A stretch of 64,000 nt of DNA from Nageia nagi (taxonomy: Eukaryota > Plantae > Pinophyta): the NCBI GenBank assembly GCA_050084985.1, contig JBITNC010000001.1:51956001-52020000 (forward strand), in the 5' to 3' direction. Below, piece by piece: positions 1 through 12,334 of this stretch. The notes under the pieces are model-generated. The model saw nothing but the letters and a program-made list of their open reading frames with translations. It did no database searches and was not told the DNA's origin. Numbering within the stretch: the stretch's first letter is position 1; each line of letters starts with the position of its first letter. Both the position numbers and the translations under genes were made by a program.

Positions 1-509
1 TCATGAAAATGCATAAGTAATAAGGTTTTGAGAACCTTTCCCTTTAAGGTAATATCCTAGCCTATAATGCAATCAAACAATGGAAATATCTATATGTAGT
101 ATATTTTCCTTTTGGGCTATCAAAAATCATACCTAACATATTCCCTATTACATACTTTATTATAGGTTCATCCCATATTAAAGGATGAACTCTAGGAATC
201 AATAAACACTTCAAAAAGGACATCAAATCTTCTAAAATGAAATGATAAATCATTTGTTTTTTTTCTTTCATTTGTAGATGAAATGACTATCCAAAATCAT
301 TATTCTAGGATACCTTCAAATTAAAATGTAGCATATCACAATAAATTCAAGCATTAAGAAGGATGACCTTCAAAGTTAGACTCCTCCATTATTAAGGGTA
401 TATATTTTAAATATTAGTTCATGTAGACATATTTTCTTAAAAATTAAGGGGAATTGTTTGCATTTGTTACTAAGCTCTATAGAATTGACAATTGGCCAAT
501 GGTCTTATT
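1..509 (-). mobile_element. Degenerate L1-clade LINE, endonuclease region (copy A, left part; interrupted at 510 by an LTR element)
   Basis: Minus strand near 30-62 reads DITLKG/GERFS, resembling the L1 endonuclease 'LxDLPxxGxxFTW' segment. Clearly homologous to ~17430-18085. Continues at 5586. Confidence 0.55.
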
Positions 510-1012
510 TGAGAGAATTGAACTATAACAAGAATAACTCTAAACTCTTAATATCACATGATAGCTCACAATTCACATCTAACAAACTCACAAATCAATC
601 TTACAAAGATAACACAAGATGTAAGTGGTTCCTCCAACTAGGAGTACATCCACTAACTAGATCTCACTTCATTCATAAACATGAATCTCTTACAATTCTT
701 CTAATTCTTAGCTTCTAAACTCTATCTTCTAGCATAACTTTACTCTACAAAATTGGTGTATGATCACAAAGAGGGAGCCTTCTATTTATAGGCTAAAATC
801 CCTCTTTAGATCACCCTTTTATCCAATGTACAAAAACATGACATGTACATCCTTTTACCCAAGGGGCATGCTCATGAAATAAAGTGTAGGATAAGTTACA
901 TTATCATATTCACTTAAATACTTAAGGTATCAAATGATACCTTTAAATATTAGTCAATTTACAAGGAAGATTATTTCAAAACCTTTACAATAATGCATTA
1001 TACATTCTAACA
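510..1012 (-). repeat. 3' LTR (~503 bp) of the copia element 510-5585
   Basis: tgagagaattg...cattctaaca; about 90% identical by eye to 5084-5585. Confidence 0.92.
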
Positions 1013-1722
1013 CTCTTCTTTAATGAAATATTGGAATAAACCAAAATAGAGGAGAAGAAGAAGAGAAAGTAAGAGTGTTCTCCTCGAAATAGATAAACTA
1101 GAGATGAAAATTTTTTACATATTTATGAAGTAAGCAATAACTAGTTTGAGATCAGTACTTTTTCTAATACAATAATTAACCATAATTAGTTTCAATGTAC
1201 TTGAAGTAGTCATCCAACTAGATGTCATGAAGAGTCTCCAAGAGCCTGCATACCCAAAGTAAGTAACCTGCAATCTCAAAAGAACCTGTTGGTCATAATC
1301 AGCTCAAATAATAAGATCAGTTAGATACAATATATTCATATCAACAAGGATATATGAATCACATAAATGCCATTATTAACTGATCAATGGTGCACTATAA
1401 ATCATCATAAAGATTTCAAGACAAAACTCATAGTCACATGTTGTATATAAGACATATGTTGATTATCATTACAAAATAGAGCATGCACATATGAGTTCCT
1501 CACATATGGATAATTGAATAATGCCAAAAGATAAATAAGAGTTCTTCACATATGGATAAATAAATAATGCTAGATTAGCCAATCTTTTTGCTCTAAAATT
1601 TGTACAAGTTCCTCATGTAAAGCGAGCTTACCATGAAGGTATACAAAAAAATCAACATTATATAGCATAAAATCCTTCTAGGGGTGAAGTTGTCATCATA
1701 AATAAGAATTCAACATAAGAAT

Positions 1723-3095
1723 TCAAACTTCACTCCCCCTTGAGGATAGCTTCACCAACCCAATAGCATCTCTAAGCTTACAAAATTGAGCTTTTAAGAG
1801 GGGTTTGGTGAACAAATCAATGGAGTTTAAGGTGGATGGACAATACTCTAGGTGTATGATGCCATCAAGAACCTTGTTTTTGATAAAATATGAATAAATT
1901 TCCATATGTTTTATTCTTTGATGGAACACATGATTCTTCGCTAAAGAGATCACTAACTAATTTTTTGAAGAAATCAAAGATGAGCCACCTTACTCATACC
2001 TAATTTCTTTCAAAAATTGCCTTAGCCAAATGGCTTTTTGGGCTACAATAGACATGGCATCATATTCAACTTCTATGGTGGAAAGAGAAATAGTAGGCTA
2101 CTTCTTAGAATACCAAGAGATAGCACCTGAACCAATGCTAAACACATACAGAGAGGTTGATTTCATGTCATCTCTATCTCCCCCAGTCAAAATCTAAGAA
2201 TCCAAAGAGAACAAATGAGGGAAACTTAGAATACTTGAGAGTAAGATGCTTAGTCCTTGCAACATACCTCAAGATTTGCTTAATAGCATTAAGGTGTTCA
2301 ACATATGATTTGTACATGAATTGTACCATCATATTCACTACAAAGGTAATATCTAGCTTAGAAATAATCAAATATAGAAGACTACCAATTAATTTTCTAT
2401 AAGCTATAGCATTAGCCAACTGAGAGTTCGAGCTCAAAGAAATAGTGATTCCAAGAGAGACTAAGATTGTAACATATTTACACTTTTCCATTCCAAACTT
2501 CTATAAGATGTTTGATATATACTTAGATTGATTGAAATAAGTATAATCCTTGTATTGATACACTTACATTCTAAGATAGTAATGCAAGAGACCAAGATCA
2601 GTCATTTCAAATGTTACCTTAAGCTTGGATATGCACTCTTGAATGATTTCATAATTATTCCTAGTAATCAAAAGATCATCTACATAATGGAGAATAAACA
2701 CCACATCTTTTCTTTGATTGAGCACATAGAGATTGGTGTTAGAAAAATATTTGGAGAATCCAATGTCTACAAAGTATTCTAAAATCTTCTTATACCAGGC
2801 TCTAGCTACTTGCTTGATTCCATACAAAGACTTCTTTAGTTTGCACACAAAAGACTCTTTTCCTTTCATAATAAACCCTTTTGGTTGATACATGAAGATT
2901 TCCAAATCTAAGTCCACATTAAGAAATGCACTCTTGACATCTAGTTGAAAAACTTTCCATCCTTGAGCTATAGAAAGAGCAAAGATAACTCTAATAATGA
3001 GCATTTTTTCCATGGGAGTAAAGATTTTCTCGTAATCTACATTATATTTCTAAGCAAAACCTTTAGTTACTAACCTTTCCTTGTATTTCTCAATG
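1723..3095 (-). pseudogene. copia reverse transcriptase-RNase H pseudogene
   Basis: Motifs QLDVKSAFLN, LKKSLYGIKQ, YVDDLL, YRKLIGSLLYL, KNHVFHQRIKHMEI and DLFTKPL are spread over frameshifted ORFs 2564-3013, 2174-2491 and 1723-1953. Confidence 0.95.
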
Positions 3096-3117
3096 TTGAG
3101 AAGGAACTTTCAAATAG

Positions 3118-3129
3118 GCTCTGATACCA
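3118..3129 (-). promoter_or_regulatory. Second, internal tRNA-iMet primer binding site
   Basis: gctctgatacca is the reverse complement of TGGTATCAGAGC. It abuts attgagaga, the same LTR-end/PBS junction seen at 5081-5090. Confidence 0.8.
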
Positions 3130-5083
3130 ATTGAGAGATCTTCTTCCTTCAACTTGGAGGTCTTCTTCCTTCAATTTTGAAGTCTTGTTGAGGTAAACTC
3201 AAGAGAATGTATAAATTCCTTCCTTCTTGGTCATTTTCTAGATTATTGATTTATGATACTACTAACATATATGTTATATGCTAGTTCATTTTTTGCAAAA
3301 TATATTTTTTGAAATAGCAATATAATGCAATTGTTACTTATACTAACATTTTCTATGTTAGTTGTAATTTTTTATTACAAAAAAATTGCTCAATATATAT
3401 TGCTATAATTTTTTTATAACTTTTCCTACCTTAGTTCTTCTATCAAAATAGTTGTATTCTACAAGTTTATACAATTATTTTTTGTACTAACAAAATGGGA
3501 GGTAATTACATTGTTCCTACTTTTTTACAATGGTTTGCATTTCAATAAAAAAAATGGAAACTTTTTTGTAAAAACATTTCAAAAGTTTTTTTAATAATCA
3601 TAAAATCCTAGAGCAACAATTATAATTTTTTATTGAGAAGGGGGAGGTTGACCAGTTATTGACTAACCAAACCCCATTAGTGTAGGAGAGAAAAGGTGTA
3701 GACTGGTAAGGTGCTAGTTAAAAAAAAATTGCCACCAAGCTACTACAAATTATCCACTAGGAAGGAGAATAAGAGTGGGTGTTATTTTGTGGAACCTAGT
3801 GGCATAGTAGGGTCATCTCTAAGTTGACTACATGCTTATCCTCTATTGCACTTTCCTTCAATTTTATGATTCATGGCTCTACTAGTCTTTTCAATGATTA
3901 TGCATGATCCCTTTTTTATACATGCTTAAGGATGGTGGGAAAGGGGTTTTGGATGGCACCTAGCTATTAGTGATCTTGTGTTTTCCTCCTACATGGTTGG
4001 CTATCTTATTTGCTTTTGCTCCTCTTACCACCCCCTTCTTTGTCATTTGAAACCTCATGACTCTTACACCCTTCTTAGTTCATTCTTAGTCCATTCTCAA
4101 TGATGACTTAGATGGTTGCATTCAAATTCAATCTGGTATCCTCCGTCGATCATAGTCTATGGAAAAGAGGGCTCCTCCCTCCTTGTGGTTGTGTCTTCCT
4201 GGCACTTTCCAGCATTCCTTCTCTATCCTACCCTCTATCTATCTCCTTTATTTTTTTCACCTCTCATCTCTCCTAAACATGGAATAAAGTAAAAAAGGGG
4301 GGCTTTGTAATGATCTAATGGTGCATTAAATTTTTGCTTGCAAATCTCTCTATTTAATTAGATCATCATTTTTTTCTTTAATGAATCTGACATAAAAAAA
4401 GGAAAAATGGACAATGTTCCTTAATGATGAGGAAAAGGTCATCATTACACTTAAGTTATTTCTTTTTAAATGCTTCCTCTTCATTTCGTTGTTAAATGCT
4501 CTTTTTAAGGAATTAATTCTTTAAAGTTAAAGATAAATCTTTCGAAATTTTTTTAAAGTAAAATAGGAATTTTTTTAATGTCTAGAAGAAACACTTGCAT
4601 TTTTTAGGCTATCCTTTTACTTAGTTAAAATTAGTTTTGCCTTAGATGTAGCAATAGTTTTTAAATAAAATGGTATTTTTTTTAGCTCCTCTTCCTTAGT
4701 TAAATTTGGTCTAAGGTAAGCTAATAATGCTATGTTTTGAAGAAAAAATCTTAATCAAAGATCAATTTTTTAAAGTAAAAAGAGAGGGAATTATTTATGA
4801 ATTTTTTACTTAAAATTTTACTTAAAATTTTAGATCTTTTTTCATGCCTATTACTCAGGATATTTTTGATGCATGTTACTCCTTATGCAACTTAAGAATG
4901 GACTTATGCAAATTATGGAAATAATGCTTGCCTCTCTAGTATTTCTCTTTGATAAATACCTTATGGAAAGTTAACTTATGTAAATTATAAAGATGTCCTT
5001 TAGGGGTTAGTAAACAAAACTCATTAGACTTTTAAGGTTCCAAGTTACAAATGGATGATGTTTTATTTATGCTCGATACCAAT

Positions 5084-5585
5084 TGAGAGAATTGAACTAT
5101 AACAAGAACAAATATAAGCTCCCAAGATCGTATGAAATCTCACAATTCACATCTAACAAACTCACAAAGCAATCTCACAAAGATAACACAAGATGTAAGT
5201 GGTTCCTCCAACTAGGAGTACATCTACTAACTAGATCTCACTTCATTCACAAACATGAATCTCTTATAATTCTCCTTATTCTCAACTCCTAAACTCTATC
5301 TTCTAGCATAACCATACTCCACAAAATTGGTGTATGATCACAAAGAGGAAGGCTTCTATTTATAGGCCAAAATCCCTCTTTGGATCATCCTTTATCCAAT
5401 GTACAAAAGCATGACATGCACGTCCTTTTGCCCAAGGGGCATGCTCATGACATGGAGTGTAGGACAAGTTACATTATCATATTCATTAAAATACTTAAGG
5501 TATCAAATGATACCCTTAAGTATTAGTGAATCTACAAGGAGGATTATTACAAAACCTTTATGATAATCCATTATACATTCCAACA
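5084..5585 (-). repeat. 5' LTR (~502 bp) of the copia element 510-5585
   Basis: tgagagaattg...cattccaaca, adjacent to the degenerate PBS gctcgatacca. Confidence 0.92.
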
Positions 5586-7560
5586 TTGTCCTCCATTTTG
5601 TGAGACTTTATATTGGAATGAAATACCTCTTTATATGTAATGATGAGTAAATAAAAACCTATCTAGTTTTTTTTATAATCTTTTATCCTTTGACCATTCA
5701 CTTATCTAAGTGAAATTATCTATCCTGTTAAATGATAGATTATAGTTTCTTCATTGTTACTTCCTTATGTATTTAATGGCATTGAAAGCTCTGTTAACAA
5801 TATAAAAAATATCAATATATAAATTAATCCAAGATAAAATATAATCCTAACATGTCTTTTTATTCTTTGAGGATTATAGATATAGATGTTTACTAGACAA
5901 AATATGTAGATTGACTTTTTAGACATTTTCTTATAACTATCTTGTGTAAATAATTTACAAAATAAAGAGAATAATGAAGTTTACAATTATTCCATAAGGA
6001 TACATGATCCCTCAATTGTCCAATAGAGTCTTTTGTAAAAATAGTATATTTAGGAAAAAAAAATATTTTTATATATTCCCAAATTACTAGTAAGGGAATT
6101 GAATTTTTTAATAAAGAAAATGCTAGGTTTCTTGGAGTTAACAAATTATTTTTCCCTTATGATATTGTTGGGGAAATGGAGGCCCTATGTATGCCTTGAT
6201 GTTTGAATCATATGGTTACTTGGGAATTTTAGAATCCAACAACTCATGAAGTTGATATTGTATGCCTCCATCTAAGCCTTCATGAGTTGTTTGTTGAACC
6301 TTCTCTGTAGTGAGGTATCCTTTTCTTTTATTGCATATACCAATGTTGGCCAACTTTTTATTATTAATTATTTAGTTTAGTATTTAGCCTTTGGAGATAG
6401 GCTTGAGTAATGGTTGAACATATTTATGTATTACTACTTTATCCTCATTTTTAGGTTTTAAAGTTGAAGGAATAGTAATATCCATGTTAGTATCCATCTC
6501 CTGAAGTGATATTTCATGGTGTCTTATATCTTCCCATGTGGTTGGTTCTATTAGATTTGAGATGATAGTGGACAGGGAATTAGGCCCAAAATAGAGGTGA
6601 GTTTGGAGGTGGTCTCTTGGTGGTACAAGTTCATCCTCTCATATTTTAAATGGCTGAAGATTATGGAAGTGAGTACAAAAATTTTCCTTCTTGATGAGAT
6701 CTACTTACTTATTATTGTTTGAATAGTTTTTATGATTGGAAGAGAGGGTGTTACCTAAAATAATCCTGCACTTAAGAACTCAAAAAATTAGGATTCTCAT
6801 ATTTCATTTCTAGGTTAGGTTGAGCTATAGAGGGAAATAATGTGCAGGATGTCTATACTCTAAATAGACCATATATATGAAGACTAAATTTTTTTTATCC
6901 AATAATTTATCCAAAATAATACCATCACCTAATTAATTGATGTTAATATTAATAAGTAGAGGGGCTTTTACATCAATGTGGATACAAATTCTTATATATA
7001 GAGTGTTCTTATGATCATTAGTACAATCATAAGTGTAGAGATATACAACTATTGACTTTCCTATTACCTCAAATGTTTCATTATACCAAATATATCTTCA
7101 AATATTAGGAAGGCTGATTTATATAGGATTCTCAATTGTAGCTTTAAGACACATCTTAAAACTAGGGTACGATAGTTTTATAAATTATACCACTCATCCA
7201 TGAAACCATTCTCCATCATAAAAAAATTAATCTTTCTCTTTTCTTGTGTGGAAAATATGGTTAGGAAATAACCATTAGAATAATGATTAATGGAGAACAT
7301 TCCCTTTATATCCTGTATGCAATAGGTAAGATCGTAATATTTCAAGATATTTATGTAACTTCTCATTCTTGTTCTTCAAATCTCTATTATGGACATATCT
7401 TATGTAGCCTATAATTAACCATTCTAATTCTTTGTGGATTATTGATGCCACATATGCATTCATTAAAACATGTACCAAAATCTAGTTAGATGTTAGACAA
7501 ACAAAATGAAGGATTGATTTTAGAATCCTATATCAATTAAAAATTCAACTCTATTTATTA
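5586..7560 (-). mobile_element. Degenerate L1-clade LINE, ORF1 (DUF4283-like) to start of ORF2 (copy A, right part)
   Basis: Minus-strand GYFLTIFSTQEKRK..FYDGEWFHG resembles DUF4283 'GFFLFxF...GPWF'. Homologous to 18085-19034 joined to 23667-24650. Confidence 0.6.
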
Positions 7561-8039
7561 TGTCATAGGAATCTCCTTTAGTGAGTGATTAGGTCCTATT
7601 CAAATCAATGATGTCAATTGCTCTTCAACCATTGTAGATAATCAAAATAATCTGAAGCCTTGATTTTTAAGATATCAATAAATTTACTCATAGTATGTGA
7701 GAAAGATATTGCATGAGTGATGGATGTTTAACTAGGTTAGCTTTCTTTATTATGTTCAAAAAGAGATAAAACTGATTATGAGATTTGTTAGACAAACCCA
7801 AGAGAATGGCTTGGAATCCACCCAAAATGATTTAAGTATCATAGAGAAACATCTCTTGAAGCTTCATCTACAGTAGCCTTGAATGAGACCTTTATCCTCA
7901 AAGGAATAGTTCTCCTTTGAATAGACTAAATTAACCTTAGAATTGAGATCTTTGGAGACTAGTATACGAAATAGTGTTAGAATATGGAATATTGACATAG
8001 TTATTGAAAACCATGATCCATCCTTGTGAATCATATCAA

Positions 8040-8165
8040 AAACAATTAGAGAACTTTGATACAGGTCTTGATTAGGAACTTGTTCATTATGAATCTTGTC
8101 ATAAAAAATTAGAGAACTTTGATACGATACTTGATTAGAAACCTATTTAGTTTATTAATTTGTGT
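8040..8165. repeat. Two-copy tandem duplication (~63 bp)
   Basis: aattagagaactttgatac...cttgattag occurs at ~8044 and ~8107. Confidence 0.75.
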
Positions 8166-9821
8166 CTATAATATTCACTAGAGAAGAGCAAATAAAGGAG
8201 GATTACATGGAGTCTTGACAACATTCTCTATCTTTCTAGAAGTACCCAAATTCCTTTATTAGTGTAGGTACAAATTATCCTCTTGAGAGTGAATGGTTAC
8301 CCTAGGATGCCTCTGAATGTGCTACCTACACTACAAAATCTATTGCTATTGGGTGAATAACCATACCAAATTAACTCATGCATAGGTCTTGGGCATCTGA
8401 TCCTAAATAAAAAGTTATAAAATAATAGAACTATTCATGGTTTCACCATTGAAATCCATATTATCATGCAATTGCTTTAAATTAGAGCCTATTAATAATT
8501 AATTATCAAAGATTGATGAGAATTACTCTTTGGAAGATGACAACAAGTTAGGATGGATATCCAACATTCTCATGATTATCACCAACATCAGTAGTGGAAT
8601 GTCCTTGACTCATAACCAAACATGGAACAATGATTATTTTTGTGTATACCATTTACCCCCCTCCCATTGAAAATCAAGGACAAACAAATCGTTGGATGCT
8701 AAGAATACAACATTTTCAATTTTTATAACAATAGCAAGCTTACCAATTGAAATACATGAAAAATGCAAAAAGAAATAAAATATAAATAGATTGGAAATAG
8801 TTGTTAGATATAGGATTATATGAAATTAATATTTATGGAGGATATATGTTATTTTGCAAGTTATTATTTTATCTTAATTGATTATAGACATTTCCAATTT
8901 TGTTGGTAGCAAAGATATGTTTTTCTTGCCATGCCTAGTACTATCTATTGTATTTATAATTAAAGTATGTGAAATATTATATGCTAGCATTTTGCTACTA
9001 TAGAATTTAATCTCCAATGTTGTATTATATATATAGTGGATTTGTATCTTTAAAACTACATCGTTGATCCTAGTTTCTCTAGAAGTTGCATCCTTTGCTT
9101 AGCTTAGCTTCACAATATGATATATTTATAGAACACATTTATAGATTGAAATTTAGAAATCAACAAATATAAAAATGTACATATTGTGAAGCTTGTCAAG
9201 GTAATTGTTCCTCAATATTAATTTTTATATATGGTAATTATTTATATATAAAAATTTAACTATCGTAATATATATCTATTATTTATATTGTTAGTTGAAG
9301 TAGTATTTATTAATTTTTTTTTATATAGTAAAATAATAACTAAACAAAATAGTAATAGTAATTAATTTTTTTGAGTTTAAAATCCTAACTTCTATTTTAG
9401 AAATTATCTATTAACTATTTACCATTACTAGTAGATTCGTTATAGTGATAATAATCATTGAAATAATTTTAGTATTGCTTTTATTTTTTTTCAATTTTTT
9501 GTATTCTTTTTATTTTGTAATTTAAAATTTAGAATTATAAAGTATAATGTATTTTTTTACTTATTTACATGCAATATATATATATTTAATTTGATTATAG
9601 ATATATGTATGCTATGTGAACATGTTGGAGAAGTTGGTGAATTAAGGATAGCTAAAATTTCAACTAAAATGTGGGTGAGCTATGTTCAAATGTCATCCTT
9701 TATAAGATATTATTCCAAACATTATTTTAATTATTTTTTAGATACAATTAAGCGACCTTGAAAATTTTAAAAGGTTTTTAAATTTCTAATTTTACTAAAA
9801 ATGCATTTCATTAGATCTTAG

Positions 9822-9906
9822 CACCAACATTAACCGTGACACCAACACAAACACTAACATAAAAACAAACACAAATACTATCACTAACACCAACATAAAC
9901 CATGAC
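9822..9906 (+). repeat. Degenerate (ACCAAC/ACAAAC)n hexamer microsatellite
   Basis: caccaacattaaccgtgacaccaacacaaacactaacataaaaacaaacacaaatac... Confidence 0.65.
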
Positions 9907-10229
9907 AAATAAATGGTCTAACCTAGTTTACATTACATGAAATCAAATTCATGGGTCCCACCTCATTTAAAGGAAAAATAGAAGTACAATTGAAATTAAG
10001 ACAATGATTTGACTAAAGTAGACTTAGAAAATAAATATAGGAACTAAATATCAAAATTGGAAAAAGATCTATTATGTTGACATAGTTAAATTGTGATCAC
10101 AAAAATTTCAATTATAATAATTTAGAGAAATAAGTTGTAACTTAATAATTCATTCCTCTATAATCAAAATCAAGATTTAATTAAATTTTATCTTATGGTG
10201 GCTTACTTTATGATATTGCAAACCATGCC

Positions 10230-12300
10230 CAATTATTTGCAACCCATGGCCATCACACTATAGTTTCCTAATTGATGGAATGATTTTTCATGCTATTCAT
10301 AAGCTACATACTAGTAAACCAACTCATATTGAAAATTTGAAGGAAAAATTTTTTAAACATACCCTAGAGTCTTGGAGGATTATATTTCAAAAACTTTTCA
10401 ATCATATAGTTACCCATGGGTTCCCACCCTCTTGGTATTCAAATATTATACATCCCACCCATAAATTTGGATATTAGCTAAACCTAAGTAATTACAAAAC
10501 TATTATGGCTGGCCATACTCTTGCAAAATGTTTTGTAATAGTTCTTGATAATTTTATCTCTTAATTTGATGAGGTTAGGAAACTTTGTACAAAGGGATAG
10601 GTAGGTTTTTGAAGAAACCATCACACCTATGATCACATTCTAAGTATTTGAGCTATCATTGAATAAGCTAAAGCCAATAAAAATAGGGTCTATTGTTGTT
10701 TTATAGACTTCAAGAAAGCATTTGATACTATTCTTAGATAGTTACTATTTCAAATATTGAAGGATTTGGGAATTCCACAGGAAGTTACTTTCTTGGTTAT
10801 GACTTTGAATGAAAAACTCATTGTATAGGTTAAAATTGGATGTATTAGATAATAATAGATTCATAGTACTATAGGTGTTAAACAAGGTTTCTAACTTTCA
10901 CCTACACTCTTTGGATTGTATATTGATGAATTGGAAGTGCTCATTATGGACTCTTTAGCTAAGAGTACATGTTGCTTACTTTTTGGTAGTATTATTACCA
11001 TTTTACTATTTGTTGATGATATTATCCTAATGTCACACACAAGAATGTGACTTCAACAACAACTAGACATACTTGGAACTCACTCTAACTTATATGGATT
11101 AGAAATTAATATCTATAAAATAAAGATTATGACATTCAATATACCTAATAAAGATCTCTCTTTTGCTCACATCGCATATAAATGGAAGGTTGTGGAGATT
11201 TTCACATCATACACATAGTTAGGATTCCTTTACATAGGACCTAACTTCAACATGATCCCTAAATCTCAACCAAGGTTAAACAAAGAGTGTGATGCCTTAG
11301 CCTCTTTGGGTAATTAATGCTTTTAGATCTAGTTTTACGATATCAATACAAACATCGCACTCTTGTTACCTGCAAATTCCTCTATGATTATGATGTTTGG
11401 GATTTTAGCCTTAGAAAGTTGGATTATTCTCGTATTGATAAGTCCTCATCTAAATATTTTCAAAGTTTGTTTATTCCAAGAGAACTATTACATATCCCAT
11501 AACTCAAACTAATTTTGGTTCTTTTCCATTATTTATAGCAACATTATTTCATGTTATCTTTTTACTGTATATATTTCATTATATGTTAGATATGAGAAGA
11601 TATCCATATTTAGAATTACATTCCTCCATACAGTTGGCCAATCAAGGGATAATGAGTTGCTGGTAGGCTCAAACTACTACTCAACTTCTATCTTTTAGAT
11701 TAGACATCATGATACTTCCTCCTACTAAGTCATCAATCAATATATCATATTCCCATAAGGATATTCGATATGAGATCTACTATATAAAATCTACTTGGAC
11801 TTATCCAAAGGAACCTCTTTCCCCAAAACTACTCCATTACTCTCCTTTTTATCTCTAATTAGAGAATGGTTTGATCACTACTCCAAAATAAAACTTGATA
11901 AAGATTCCCCATAACCTCAGGTTTCCTCTATCTTAAGTACAAGTTTGCTCCCACCAACTACATAACTAGTTAGATTATCACCTCCCCAAATATCAATGTA
12001 TTTGCAGATTATGCAATCTTGATGTGGAATTTGAAGAGCATTTCATTTTAATTTTTCATTTGGATTAATTATGAAGATCAAATATGCATCACACTTCATC
12101 TGATAATTAATTAATATCAAAAAAGAACTACTTAGTAACAATTTGTAGAGGATAACAATATCCAAACTTTTCACTTCATTCTTCCAACCTTTAGAATCCA
12201 TGACCATGAAATACAAAGGTGATAATAGAGACATAGCAACAACATCTCATCCTTGACTCTAACATGGACCATCTATGATGACATCAAGATATTATCACTC
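10230..12300 (+). mobile_element. RTE-like (non-LTR) LINE reverse transcriptase pseudogene
   Basis: HGFPPSW..IIHPTHK, NYKTIM, DHILSI, VYCCFIDFKKAFDTI, IGVKQGF*LSPTLFGLYIDEL, LLFVDDII; C-terminal C..CNLDVEFEEHF. Many stops and frameshifts. Confidence 0.88.
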
Positions 12301-12334
12301 CTTTCCACCCTTGAATGTTGGGAGAAATCCTTGA

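Larger units (their letters stand above)
510..5585 (-). mobile_element. Ty1/copia LTR retrotransposon, defective and internally rearranged
   Basis: Two TG...CA LTRs (510-1012, 5084-5585). Degenerate tRNA-Met PBS at 5071-5081, purine tract at 1013-1023, RT/RNaseH relics at 1723-3095. Diverged 5-bp TSD ttatt (505-509) / ttgtc (5586-5590). Confidence 0.9.

Noticed and set aside
7560-8690. Possible solo LTR ending near atttacccccctc (8651)
   Set aside because: No defensible termini, TSD or PBS.
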